Shown one piece after another: positions 27,001-42,000 of a stretch of DNA of 64,000 nucleotides. The DNA lies in NCBI GenBank assembly GCA_002633005.1, contig NMRA01000442.1, positions 315,732 to 379,731 of the forward strand, given 5' to 3'. Made by a program: the position numbers and the translations under genes. The stretch is from Phoronis australis (taxonomy: Eukaryota; Animalia; Phoronida). Below the pieces are notes generated by a model, which saw nothing but the letters and a program-made list of their open reading frames with translations, was not told the origin of the DNA and did no database searches. Numbering within the stretch: position 1 is the stretch's first letter; each line of letters starts with the position of its first letter.

Positions 27001-30000
27001 CATAACTATAATCTTCATCTCATTGCAACCAATAACTTACAAGAACACAGACTATGGACTTACTTTAACAGTGTCTTGATCTCGACCACTTCATTATTTG
27101 GGATCTCAGTCCTGATAGCTTCCAACCAATAGGGCATGATGTAATCCCACACCTAACGGAGTCAACAAAACAGTATACAAAATAGAGAGAGACCACACAG
27201 TATAGACAACAAAGACCATAAAGGCAATGTGCTCATTACAGAACTTCAATTTCGCTGTTCTTAAACAATTTCAAAAAGAAAAGAATGGCATTTAAAAAAA
27301 AAATAAAATATGTCACCATGGTCACAAATATTTTGAAAAATGCAAAAGTTTTGCATTTACATCTAAAGTTTTGCTTCATAGTAGAGTTCAAATGGCTACT
27401 ACCTTATGTATCAAGTAAAACAAACGACACCAGAAATATTGCCTACAGAACAGCCTGGGTCTCTGAAATAGGAGACATGGTACTATTCACAAGATGATGC
27501 TAAAGAAGAATGAGCCCCATTTCTATTGTCAGAATAGACTGAGAACAAAGTCACTGGGACATTCACAGGATAATGATCCCATGCAACACCCTGACCGCGT
27601 CCACTTATATCTTGCAGTTAGAATCATAGTCTCACAAGCACCACCTAGCAAATTTCGAGCTCCCAACAATACTGTTCTTACAACTGCAATGACTTGGGAA
27701 CCATCAAACTTCTAGCCACTTCACCTCATAGGTAACGATGTCGTACGGCCCCAGACAGTTTAACTTCTGTAGTCCCTCCTTGATCTGTGCCGTACGGCTA
27801 GACATGGTGTCCCATGTGCCCCCGATGCGGGCGTACTCCACAGGGTGGGGAAGAAGGCAGGTGAGGATGACCTCGTAGTGCGTCTTCTTGACCTCTTGCA
27901 GCCAGTTGTAGATGTACTGGAATATGATCATCAGAATAACGTTTGAAATGAGAAGTGTAGACAGTGTCCACACAAACAAAAAGTTCAAGTTGCTGAATCC
28001 TTGTTTTTCACAAGAAAGTTTTGATTAGTCTTGAATTGTTTGGAATTGAAACTAGAATTTTCCAGACTTCTCTGAGGTTCAAATTTTCGGTCACAATTAT
28101 CAAGGAATATAAGGACATGTGGCTTTGATGATTTTTTGTACTTTGACCATAGATCATGATTGACTTTGATGAATGACATACAGAAATTAGATCTAAATTG
28201 AATTTCACATGTCTTTTTTGTCAAACTTGGTTTTAGCAAAGTGTAAACTTCTAATTTATAAATATCTGAAACGAGTCCATTTAAATTCATAAATTGTAGA
28301 AAATCATCATAATTTTACGAACATACATTTCTATGAGCAACAATGAGTCAGAAGAGAGCCCTAACATTCAACTTTCACAGGCAAATATTGATCAGGAGAT
28401 TTTTTTATTAATCATGACAAGTCCATTTAAAAACTTCCAAGTTTGTTGTTGTCGCCAATATCACCATTTGCAATCATGGCAAATATGATCATACAACAAG
28501 CCAAGGGACAAAATATTCAACTTCCCAGAGAAAATATTGGAGAAAGAATTAGAATTTCATACGAAATGTAATTTAAAATCTCCAATTTGCTGTTGTCCGC
28601 AATTAATCATTTTCAATCGGCAAATCTAATACATACCTCGGGTTTCAACTTTTCTAAGGCATTACCAACATTGTCTGAAAAATAAAACTTCCAATTAACA
28701 CTAAGGCTTTATAAAAATTCAGTTCTAATGTCAAAATTTGATCATTTACTCTGTTGATTGCCACGGACATATCCCGCCCCCTTGCTAGTTTCAAACAGTT
28801 TTAAACCTGTAAGAAATTTTTTTTGCCAGATCACATACCACTACAAGACTGATCCCAGTTTGTTCTGTCCTTACTACAATTAGAAGTGACTCTAGGGCTT
28901 GAAAAGAACTAAAAGTTCGTTGTTGCCTGAGTCATCTGCATAAAACATTCATACATTTCACTTCTGTTCAGCAGTATGTGTTGAATCCTTTCACTTTGAA
29001 TGTAAAACATCACAACACCTGACCAATCCCGAATCATCGCCGCATGAACCGCTAATTCTAATTGAAATTTTAGTGTTGGCCAGCCTCAATAATCTCTTAA
29101 GTGTTTTTCTGAGTTACTGATGTTTTGAATGTTCTGAAAGGTTGTGGAAATCAGAGCTAACATGGTAATTAACATTAAGAGACCAATCTTATGAGCTTGA
29201 GTGCATCATTCCATTCTTTGATTTTCGGCAGCTAAACACTGAGGAAATAAAGTTTTAGGTACTTAGAATTAACATAAAACACAAGAACACCCAATGTAAA
29301 AACAAGTTTTAAGCCCAGGACTTTTCCAGTATCTATACGTGAAGGTAGGACACATCCGCCTATTAAGTGCAAGAGTATTGTATTGAGGAAATATTTTTTG
29401 GAAAACTGCTTCACTTTGAATTTTAACATGAGGTTAAAGAGAATGTTGCCGCTTTTGAAAGCCATTTAGGCCAATTTGGCATATTTCACTTACTTTTAAA
29501 ACTAATTAGTAGATTTCTATGAAACAGTTGCGCCCGGCAAGCTCAAAAAACATCAAGCGGTCTGTGAACCTATTCTGATAACTGCTCAATGGGTGAGACG
29601 CTCACAGGTTTTCAGTCCCAGCCTCCTCACATAACAGTTTGCCGCTGACTTGAGCAATGACGCAAAAAATAGTTGATAAAACTAATACAACAGTGGGTGA
29701 ATAGATTCAGTCAATCAGACACACGGTGTTTGCATCATGCAACTTGCTCAGTGTCACATCTTTGAAGAATTATTTTTTTTTAAATGACTTTTAATGGAAC
29801 ATTCAAAATCTATTTTAGAGTGAGTAAAATATGCCAAATCGAACAGAAATGCCATAAAAAATGTATCATTTCTGTTTAAGGGTTCCAAGTTCCCCACAAT
29901 GCCTTGTTTGTGTCTCACGAGACTACTACATCACAGGGTCCATAGCTAAATTCCCTACAACGCCTTGTTTGTATCTCACGAGACTACTACATCACAGGGT

Positions 30001-33000
30001 CCATGCCCTGACTCACCATCAGGCAGATACGCAACACAGTCGAACCAATGGAACAATATTCCTAGCAGCCGTCCCAGCTGTTCAACAGGCACGCCCTCTG
30101 ATGGCTTACACAGCTCCACCATCATCCAGATGCCGTAGCGGCTCAGTAGTTTACGCTCCTCCGTGTAGGCCGTCTTATCTGGGTGATCCTCCGCCAGATC
30201 TAGCACTGATTTGTCATGCGGCTCGGCCTCCTTAAGTAGGCTGAGGAAAACAAGAAATGTTAAGTGAACAAAACCTTACATATTCTATGCATGTCTGTCA
30301 CTCTGGTTGAAATAACCTTTGACATACACAGAGTAGGTTATTGAAGAAAAAGTTAAAGCTGATGAATATCTGAAAGAAGTCTGTTACATTTTTGATTCAT
30401 TACGACTGAAATGAAAAGATAACATATAGGGCGACTTAAAAGTAGAAGGCACAATCTGTAAGGAATGTTGTTATTGCTTAGTGCTATTTCTGCTACTGCT
30501 TAGTACTAATTCTGCTACTGCTTAGTACTATTTCTGCTACTGCTAAGTACTATTTTGACTTTTGCTTAGTACTACTTCTGCTATAATTGCTTAGTACTAT
30601 TTTGACTATTGCTTAGTACTAATTCTGCTACTGCTAAGTACTATTTCTGCTACTGCTTAGTACTATTTCTACTATTGCTTAATACTATTTCTGCTATCTC
30701 TTTATACTATTTCTGCTATTGTTAGTACTATTTCTGCTATTGCTTACTACTATTTCTACTATTGCTTAATACTATTTCTGCTATTGCTTAGTACTATTTC
30801 TGCTATTGCTTAATACTATTTCTGCTATTGCTTAATACTATTTCTGCTATTGCTTAGTACTATTTCGGCTATTGCTCAGTACTGTTTTGACTATTATTTA
30901 GTACTGCTTCGACTATTCCCTAGAACTATTTTGACAGCTTTTGTTCTCTGTGATTTCTTTCTGTTTTACAATTTTGCCACAGTTTATCTATGAGTGTACA
31001 TTTCTCAGCTAGAAATTGCTCTGATGTCAACACCTACACAAAACAAGTTGAACGTAGCCTTATGTTACTATGTAATGCTCAATCTTTGTCAACAGCTTAA
31101 GTAAGCCCTTAGCAAACTGAACAGTAGGATTAGAGTATCTTATCACATGATCTTCGTACCTGACTATGGCATCCATCAGGTACGACTGTAACTCAGGCTC
31201 GCAGGCGTCGCTCCACACCTCTGGAACAGTCGTGTGGAAGACGTGGTCGCCGCTCTGGCCGTGCTTGTTGTCGTGGCAACTGGCACAGTAACGGACCGGC
31301 CTATTGCGATTGGTCACCGCACACTGCATGGAGAAGCACGTGACCACGGCCTGGCTATTGGATGACGAACAGTTCTGCGGAGACACGGGACAAAATCAAT
31401 GTTGTGAGATCATGAAACTAGTACTTATGCACACTTGTTCATTCAGAACAAAATAAACACATGGCAGTGATTGACATTCACAACTTTTATTAACAGATCT
31501 TTCTTATACGCTGACTAACGTTACACCCATAATCTACCAAACACAAAACAGTTTGCTAAATGATAATGTATTGAAACTGTCGCAAAGTTGAGCAATGTTT
31601 AAAAATTAGCACATTTCATCTTCAGACGTGAAATGGATAGAACAGGGACTGGGGTCTAAGTTTTTTTACTCAAACTCAAAATTGCTTTTTTGGCATTTTC
31701 CGTTTTAATGTACGAACCCAAGAAGAGAGTCCAATATTTTGTGCTTAATTACCTTATGGTTAATATGCAAAAGAGTTTCTAGTTCAAACTTGCTCTTAGC
31801 TACCCCTGGATTCAAGCTACAAACTAGTAAAAACTCTCATGATCTTTAGTGCACACTGTAGATTTAACATTCAGCCTCGAATTTGTAAGTTCAAAAGACC
31901 ACCAAATGCAACAGGGATGAGACAGTCACACACACAGACTCTTGAGTTCACACAAAAGTGGAACGGAAATACCAAAATCTTAATTTTGAGTACCAAGATT
32001 AGACCCCAGGCTTTGGAATAAAAATAGTGCCTCTCAATCACGTCTTGTACTAAGTGAATTTTGTCTGAATGAAAGGACGCCTCTCAATTACACACACTCA
32101 TTTTTCTAACATAATAAACATGTCTATTCTATCAAACAAAATCAGGGGAGCATTCAATGATGCTAGTGTCTCTCTAGAAAAGCAACATCTCGTGAGATAT
32201 CGCCATGTATTTTAAATGAGAGCACGTGAGTTTGGTTAAATTGTTCTCGCCCCGAGACAAGTATTGAACTCTACCCAGGTCTTCCACAGTTATTGAACTC
32301 TACCCACGGCAGGTCTTCTACAGTTATTGAACTCTACCCAGGTCTTCTACAGTTATTGAACTCTACCCAGGTCTTCTACAGTTATTGAACTCTACCCAGG
32401 TCTTCTACAGTGATTTTAGGAATGTGTGGCTCAGTTTGTGAGCGATAAAATTTTGTGACATCATAAAAGAAACACTATTTGAGTGTAGAATGACTAGAAA
32501 AGCAATAAGTGAAAGGCTTTGGTCAATTCTTTTAAGATTATGCAGGACCTTATCAGCAAGTTTGTCCATGTAGCCAAATTTCTAGAAAACTATACAAATC
32601 AGTTCAGTAAAAGTATGAATTTTCTGAAAGAAGAAAGCCCTGGTTGGACTAAGAATATTAGCTTTATTCCGATCTTATCTGCCACTGATTGGGTCACATA
32701 ACTCTGGCCAAAGACAATAACTTCAAGAAGTCTATCTCCACCAACAATAATCTTAAAAATGCGTATTTTGGCCGTAAAAACAACATTGTCCCTATAATGC
32801 TCCGTCACCACACGGAAGTGTAAACAGATGAAACACGCTGGTTTTCCAAAACAATTTAGAGCTCGCAAGATACGACATTTCACCTTATTTTCGCAGACCA
32901 GTGACACATGATCCATAGGTAGAAGTGTGTCAATTAAGTCACCCGCATGGTCCCGTCGCAAAATGTCGTAGCAGTCGACGCAGATGTAGACAGGTGGAGG

Positions 33001-36000
33001 TCTTCCGCAACATTCAATAGCCAGTTCAGGATGGAGACAGATCTAGACATAAACGATTATGAACGAGTAGTGTTGACAAATACTGGAATATTTTGAACAG
33101 TGACCAATAGTAAAAGCGCTTTTGCCTAGTAAGCAACCACAACAATTAGACATGAAGGCTACCAGCAGGCTTTCATAGTCTGAGGACAAATGCGAGAGGT
33201 AAGGCAAACAGACTTGATAATCAACAAAATAAGCAATGTAAATCTGAACATTGGCTTTCCCGCCATATTTCGAATTATAGCAATNTCCAAAACAATTTAG
33301 AGCTCGCAAGATACGACATTTCACCTTATTTTCGCAGACCAGTGACACATGATCCATAGGTAGAAGTGTGTCAATTAAGTCACCCGCATGGTCCCGTCGC
33401 AAAATGTCGTAGCAGTCGACGCAGATGTAGACAGGTGGAGGTCTTCCGCAACATTCAATAGCCAGTTCAGGATGGAGACAGATCTAGACATAAACGATTA
33501 TGAATGAGTAGTGTCGATAAATACTGGAATATTTTGAGCAGTGACCAATAGTAAAAGCGCTTTTGCCTAGTAAGCAACCGCAAAAACAATTAGACATGAA
33601 GGCTACCAGCAGGCTTTCATAGTCTGAGGATAAATGCGAGAGGTAAGGCAAACAGACTTGATAATCAACAAAATAAGCAATGTAAATCTGAACATTGGCT
33701 TTCCCGCCATATTTCGAATTATAGCAATTCAGCCTGAGGAACTGAGGGACAGGGTGACATGGTATCAGTCTGCTCCAAAACACATCATTTAAAATACTGA
33801 TATACTGGATAGCTGGGAAGAATTAGACAAGGATCAAGAGTCAGATATTTAGCAGACTTGTGATGATTTGTTACACAAGATGCACTTTTTATAAAATAAC
33901 AATGACCATTAAAAAAAAACGATTTTAACCCAGTAAAAGTATATTTTCTGAATCACAGTAGAAAGCTTGACGTAGATACTGATTTTTGACTAAATACCAA
34001 CTCTCATTAATTGGGCCACATGACCACGTCTTTTTAATAAAATTTAGCAAAAAATGAAAATAAGATACATCCAAATCAAAGCAATGGTTAAGCATCAATA
34101 ACATAACTAAACTCCATTTTGCACAAATGTTCAAGATGAAATCTCAAAAAACGATATTTTAGAGAACCGTGCTTAAAGCATTGTATCAGAAATTTTCATT
34201 TGAATCTGATCAGCCATATTTAAGATATGACATTCCAAAGATTGCCAAATTTAGACATTTCTCTCAGGCCCTACATAACCTCAAACTTTTGCAGCAGAGA
34301 AATACAAGTCACCTTTTTGGCATTGGTCCGTCTCGCATTGATGCAGTTATTCCTTTGACAAAGTGGAGGTTGCCAAGCTGTAATAAATACCCAGAATATC
34401 AAATTACAAAGCCTCGGCACTGCTTGTTGAAACTGGTGCTTTTCTGGATGTTGATTTAATCGAATGCAATGCAAATCACAAATAAGCCACTTCTAGCCAA
34501 AAACCATATGACATCATGCAGTTAATACTCCCAAGCTCTACAAAAATGTGCACTTGGCATTTGATAGAAAAAAAAACCGCTGTCACCAACAGATGCTATC
34601 AAATGAGGCCAAAGCAACAAAGACTAAATGCAATTACGGTAATATGGAATTTCTGGTAGAACCACTAAGAGCACCTGGGTGTATACAGTGATCAGTGAGG
34701 TGTATATTCATGTAAAACTGCAACCAATCAAAAAGTTTGCTCATGTCCTAAGTAATGAATATGGCTAGTCTTCTCTTTATGAGACTGTTGACTAGATGAA
34801 GACAGCCAGACTTCTGTTTATGAGAGTAGTTACTAAATGAAGATGAGCAGTCTTCATTTTATGAGACTGCTAACCTCAGTGAAGACAGACAGACTTCTCT
34901 TAATAAGACTGGTTACTAAACGAAGACAAGCAGTCTTCTCTTCATGAGACTGCTATCTCAGTGAAAACCACCAGACTTCTCTTTATGAGACTGGTTACTT
35001 AATGAAGACGATCAGTCTTCACTTTGTGAGACTGCTACCTCAGTGAAGACAACCAAACTTCTCTTTATAAGACTGGTTACTAAATGAAGACAGGCAAGCA
35101 GTCTTCACTTGATGAGACTGCTACCTCAGTGAAGACAGCCAAACTTCTCTTTATAAGACTGGTTACTAAATGAAGACAGGTAAACAGTCTTCACTTTATG
35201 AAACTGCTATCTCAAGACGGCCAGATTTCTCTTATGAGAGATGACTCAATGAAGACTGCCAGTTTTCACTGGCCATTGACTCAACACCGTCAAACATTTA
35301 TCATGCATACATTAACAACATAGTCATTCACAAATTCACAATAAGACTATCCTGAAGGGTCCATGATCCAGTTGTCAAACATGATAAGCTTATGTTTGCT
35401 TCATAGGAATGAGCATGAGTAATGTGCTGTAATTGGTCCAATCATGTGTCTATCAATCTGCCAGTTTGCAGTCACATCTCCAAGTACATAGGAATCAGTT
35501 TTGGGACAAAAGATGGCAGACACGGGAATTTATTTAGTCAACTTACTCAACAAAAATGATATTTAAGAAAATGTTTAGCTTTTGTTGACATGGCTTGTAC
35601 AGTATAGCTGAGAAAAAAACAACATCAGGTTATACTGCATTTTTCGGAACTATTTTGCTCCACTAAATTTTTACCGTAATTCTCAAATCAATTATGTTGT
35701 TAACTGGAAAAAAACGGTTACAAAACTTCAGGATGTCAGATCAGTCATTGCAACTACCACTGAGCTATTGCTGATCACAGAGCAGGCAAGTGCAGGTAAA
35801 ACAAAATTACTGCAATCCTCACTGTGGGTGTCCTCTACTAACAAAATGGCTGCCAAAATACAACATGGCTGCCAACACTACAAAAAGACAACTTATCTAA
35901 ACGAGCACAGCATGCATTCACATAACCATGCAATGCAACTTTCAGCTAAATGCAAAGAAATATAAATCGCAAAACTGCTGGAAGCTCTTTTTCCAGACGT

Positions 36001-39000
36001 TTTGTAATTGTTCAAATTTAGAAATTCATCTCGATCAATAACATCTGCCACCCTCAACTTTCAACTATTTCAACTTTATGGACTGGGTCTACTTTTAATC
36101 TATACCACATGAATATCCTAGAATCTGCTATTTCAAATTCACTCCATAGTACACTAAATCGATACACTCAAGACAAACTTCAGTCACTAATATTATGTCT
36201 AACACAATAGTCAACACCTCATTGCTCAAAACAACAAACAAACAAAGAATACAGAAGGTCACCAGAAAGAAACGTGAAAAACCAAGTCACAAACCTGGTT
36301 CACCAACAGGACTGTGAACCATGTCAATCACAAACAACGGAAAAAGTTTGTAACTGACAAAAATTGACCAAATTGCCAGGATTGTGACTTGCGAATGAAG
36401 AGGCCAGTGTAAATTTCAAAATAATGCCATTTATTTCCATACATTCCTTTTGCGGCTCAGTACAAAGCCCAACACATACTAGTTTCTATTTTGAACTAAA
36501 CCCTTGTGCTCATGAATCAATACAAAATAGGCGTGACATCAAAAGGGCATCAAGTCCAAATTTTGTCTCAGCATGGCAATCTTGAAATAAACAGATTAAG
36601 ACTTAAAAAAACTCTTCTCAAAAGTTTCCTTGCCATGAAAGCGAACTGGTTTCCACCTTAAAATGAGGTCACCAACGATTGATAAACTGCTATAATCTTT
36701 TAGAAAAGTTGGCTAGACCCTCAACAGTCTGTTTGGTGATGGGAATTGTTTTTATCACGCTACATTGTGTGGTTGTTTAATCTGAATTCTGGCTTGAACT
36801 TCAGGTGTTGAATATAGACAAAACGTCACTTTAAATATAGGGCTAATTTAGTGAACATACGGAGAAAACATCCCTTTAAATCTCACATAAATTTAGGAAC
36901 AGACAAAATGTCCTTTAAATCTTGGGCAAATTTGATAAATATAGAGGAAACGGCCCTTTATATCATACGACAATTTGTTGAATATAGAGGAAATGCCCCT
37001 TTAAATCTTTCGCCAATTTATTCTCTAGAAAAGCATCAAATGTCTTGAGCAATGTAGTATTGAACTAAATGGCATCATGATGTTGGTATTAGTAAGTGGT
37101 ACAGTGCTGTGCGCGACACTGAACATGGAACCTTACCAGTGGCTTTAAATCCTTCATTTAACAGAAATCATTGCACTAATTAATGAAAAAGGCCTATGAC
37201 CAATACACCACACAAATCAACAATTATTTAATATTTCTTTTAACCACTTAACAAACAAGAGCAATTGACCTATCACAAGCTCCGCCCCCTTGCATAATGT
37301 CGACCAACAAACAATAAGTTTTACCCGCCAACGTGTTCTTTGTCGGGTAAAAAAGCGGCTTGGAAACAAAGGCGTGTCAATAATGCTGCATTCTAAATGT
37401 TCAGTTAAGTCGTCCCTCAAAATCCTGGTGATAGGTCATTTCAGAGCGTTGATATGCGTACACTGCGTACATCGCATGTATCACAGATAAAGGGATAATT
37501 ACTTTTTCAAAATGTTCACACAAAAGGGAGCAATGCTAGTAAACTTAAAAGTGTCTAAAGGGTGCATATCAAGTCAGCAATGGTCTTTTCAAGAGGAACA
37601 CACCTGCCAAGATCATAATAAAACTTAAACTGCCACTAGGGGCTCAGTGATAGTGAGGTACATCCAAAAGTCCTCGTTATCCATTGTCACGTCCATAGAA
37701 ATACACGCTTGCAAAATGTCACAAAGATCCTGCTGTAGTTTAGGAGAAACAGTAATGGATGAGAACAAAGTAAACTGACACTAGAGAGTGCCACAGTAGT
37801 TAAAAAAAATCATTGCCAGCCAGGCTCTTAGCAGTAGCAACACATTTGACAAATGAATTTTCATAACAGTTCTTAAAGTGATTGATACCAAAATAAAAAT
37901 AATAAAAATGGCTTCTAGGAGGCGTGCACAATGACAAATCTGTCTGAAAACGAGAAGGTGTCATCGTCTCTTTAATAGAACCCTATTTGCCAAATTTCAT
38001 AAGAATCCTTCAAGCGTTCTTGAGATTTGACCTTGAAAATTTATATCAAATGATATTTGGTCAAGCTATTCATACCCTTGTTTAGCTATGAATATTGCTT
38101 TCTTTTTGGTGAAATTTACAAAAAAATCATGGTCACGTGACCTAATTGACAACACATTGTTTCTACTTTTCAGGAAATATAAGCTTTTACAGAGAAATTG
38201 AGTTTTTTACTAGATACTTGGCTAAACACAGACTTGTCAAGGTCCTACACAGGCTTAAACTGCTTAAAATGACCAATTTCATATCAAAACCCCAAGAAAC
38301 AACCCCACCAGTCCCCGATCTGCTATCAAATTAGAACACCTGGAAACACTATCAGACGATAAGTTAATTAGCTGATCTCCAATTATGAGCATTTATAGGT
38401 TAAAACATACTAACTAAAATCAGGACAACCAGTCACAGCACTAGCTACCCTCCCTAATTCTGTTTAGTGTGAACAGTCGTCTGATATTGCTGCTCATTTT
38501 CCAGTGGTTTACGGTGTAATAAAGAACGGCAAGGCATTGGGTTTGTGAATGTTTGACAACTTCGTGTTCAATCACGCTGTGACTCTTTTTTGTGGAGCTA
38601 AGACACTTTCAATTGAAGCCGTTTTTCTTCTATTTTCTCATTTTGGGATATTGATTTCACAGTGCTATAAAGGAAGGTAAGACGATGCTGACAATGCTGT
38701 CACTAGTCAAAACTGCAAATGGTGGTCTTAAGGACTTCTATGTTTTAGTAACACAAACAAGTTTTAGAATCCACCACCAGTGAAGTATTGAAATTTGCAG
38801 AATGAGAAAGTATAGAGCACACAAGAAACAGTGAATACCTGTTATAAAAGAGATGGAAAATAAAAAGTGCATTTAAGTCATACTGATAGTATTGTTAAAA
38901 CTGGTAGCGGCATTTTTAACACTTATCCCGAAACTTAGTAAAGAGCTAAGACAAAGAACCCAATCTCTCCAAAACAGTAAGTGAAAAGTATTTAAAATTC

Positions 39001-42000
39001 CAGCGAAATTGTAATTTTTCCACTAACTAAAACCAAATAGACTGTTGGTCACAGAGTGGGTTATTAAACCAAAGAATAATTCAGCATTGAATTAAGCACA
39101 CAAACATTGCGTTACGAGATTTGAATTGAATTGCAAAGTTACCAATAAAATTTAATCAAAGTTCTACAGTGCGCAAAACTAGTATCACCATTACACTGGA
39201 ACACGTGTGTGTTATGAATGAAGAATGATGTTTTGTTTTGATTTTGCATGCGCCTCAGAAAATAAACCAAGGTCAGAAGAAAGCAGAGTCAATACAGTCT
39301 TCTAGTTTCTGCAATACAAAATAATTAATACTAATAAAGTTGAGGTGTTTTTGAGGAGCTTGATATCAACTAGGTGGTGCTATGGCAAAATCTCACCAAT
39401 TTGGGACACAACATGGAGGACAAGTGAAATTTTATTTTCTCATTTAATCATAAAAGACATGCAACATCACATTAATGTTTTACCAAGTTCAAATTCTACA
39501 CCACCAGGAACTATTTTTAAAAATTGTGGGCATTCACAACAATTTTAGACCTTGAAAAACGAAAAAGGATAATTATGGCAGCTATTTTTGTCTGAAATTG
39601 GCGGTGAGATTTTACCGGTTGTAAATTGACTCTCCTTCATGTAGAAATGCATGCATCCAGGCCTGTGTTTGATAAACAACTTAATTCCATTCTTAATCTT
39701 TTCAGATGATGGAAAGAGGGTTCTTGTTAATTAGCGCCACCTGGTGAATATCAAGTAGCCTATTGCTACCATCTTAAATTTAATTTATCTCAGTTTAAAG
39801 CTGACAATTTTTGGACAGCAAAATTGTGGTCAATAAAACTCTGATGCCACAAGTTCAGTTCCTTGACAACATAAAAAGCCTCCCCTTCCAGTGCCAAATA
39901 TAAGGAAAACTTTGCTGATTTTTACTAGATTTTCTTGCAACATCTCCAAAACAGTTAGCAAATGCTGAAATCTTGGTGTGACCTTTAAGTGACAGAGAAC
40001 ACCCCATTGTGACTATCTCGAATGAGGTAAGAGCATGTAACAGGCATCAGATGCCAGCTCTTATCCCATTGTACATGGTACGTGGTATTCATTGCAACTT
40101 TGACACCGGAGGTGGCTTCTTTTCGTTGACAAAGAACTGAATGTATGACACCTGTTACAAACAAATTTATTTTGTAAACTACACAAAAATGTTTGTATAA
40201 TACCATTCTAAAATTAAGTAAACAGAGACTTTGCAAATCTCGCTGTTACAGATAAGCAATTTTTCATTAGTCACGTGACCTTCCACCGTGCAAAGAGTGT
40301 GTTATAAAAACGTCACAGTTTGATGCTAGTATACTCGGGTAAGTTACAGAAAACCTGTGAAATATTGTTAACCGTGTTAACGAGACAGATTGAGAGAAAG
40401 AGCATCACTTTTACCGTCAAAATCTCTTCTTGGATGAAAAGCTGGTCCTGAAATTTTAAGTCTACCAATGACACGATGTTAAAGCCAGTGACCTCTGTGG
40501 TTCATAACTACATGAATAAAGGGGTAAAAGTAACCAAACAAGTGCCACTTGCCACTTTCATTGATGACACAATATTGGAATGTCACTCGACCAAACCCTA
40601 ATGCGTGTTGAGAAAGCAACTGGTGCCAAACCACCAAGAATTCTTAGACTGCAAGGCTTGATTCCCTCTTCAAGAGCAGCCAATCAACTGGCAAAAGTCA
40701 TCCAATTAAATTACGCGCCCGAAGTCCTCACTGGGAACAAATAAAATGTTTTTCCGCGAGTACTCGAGCTGAAAATGAGCATGATATCAAGTACACGACA
40801 GAAATATTTGTACAAAATTACGATGATGGTGTAAGACAAAATTTGAGGAACCGTGGCACAATATGACTCATTGCTGTGGTTAGTCTGCAGGTGAATTCTG
40901 CTGGCACTCGGCTGCCATGAAGGGGAATTTTGCCTACGCTCAGGGAATTACGTCTTATTCTGTCTTATTTTTGGTTAGCACTGCATGGAGGAATGAAGGG
41001 GAATTCTACATGTGCGCAGACGTTATGGCAGGAAATAAATTAGTTTTGGCGTGCACAGCTCTTCTGCCAATCAAACATTTTGTTCATCATCTGCTACACA
41101 GTTGGGAACTTCACATATTGTGGGTACGTTTTCCACACATACGTGTAGGCAGCAAACACACCTGCCATTTGAAAACTTAATGCCACAAAGTATTTGTGGC
41201 GAGTAATTCACAAATGGTGTTCAAAATCAAAAACAACACGACAGAAACACTTTAGATTTAATCTAGTAAACGACCTTCAGGAAAATTATAGATGGCTAGC
41301 ATTAAATAACTTTTTGTTTTTAATAATTTTTTACCAACTATTGAGGTTAAATGTACAGCGCAAGCATTCTAAGCTCAGTGGAAAATCAGATTTCATGACG
41401 GTATAAGAGAGCAAGACAGACGTTGACACAAATTCATTAGTCTTGTAATCCAAAAAATTTAAACAATTAGAAAATCCCAGTCATGCTTCAAAACCAATTA
41501 TTGGCATGCCTCAGTCAACAAAGCAAAAACTATTAAGTGAACTATACATCGCCATGGTGACTGCAAACACGTGTATTCTGTCAAACGTTAACAGTTATCT
41601 TACAATCTGCACTCGCTTCAATTTCAACAGCAGTTCAGACACAATAAATTGAAAAATTATCACGAGCCTGATCAAAGAATAATATTAAGAACAGCAACAT
41701 CAACATACCAACGTACCACTAGATCACCAAGGAAACATTACCTAGGTACTTGTAGTGCATTCCGCGTCGGTCGGACAGCGACGGGTTCAGTTGAGGCCAA
41801 TAGTGGAACAGTAGGGTAGCGGCAGGCACCCTACAGGCAGGGGGTCCGTAGGCAATCACCTGTAGCAGGTCCTTGATCGTGTCGCGTTTCATGCTCATGA
41901 GACACTCTAGTAATTGGCTGTGAAACTCTGTTAGAACAGAAAGTGAGAGCGACCGTCATATTTATGCTAAACAGAGGGTAAAGAAACGATACTTGGATGA

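Noticed and set aside
29861-30235. Plus-strand ORFs overlapping exons (also 10746-10976, 45530-45907, 14879-15139)
   Set aside because: Antisense shadows of GC-richer unc-79 coding exons
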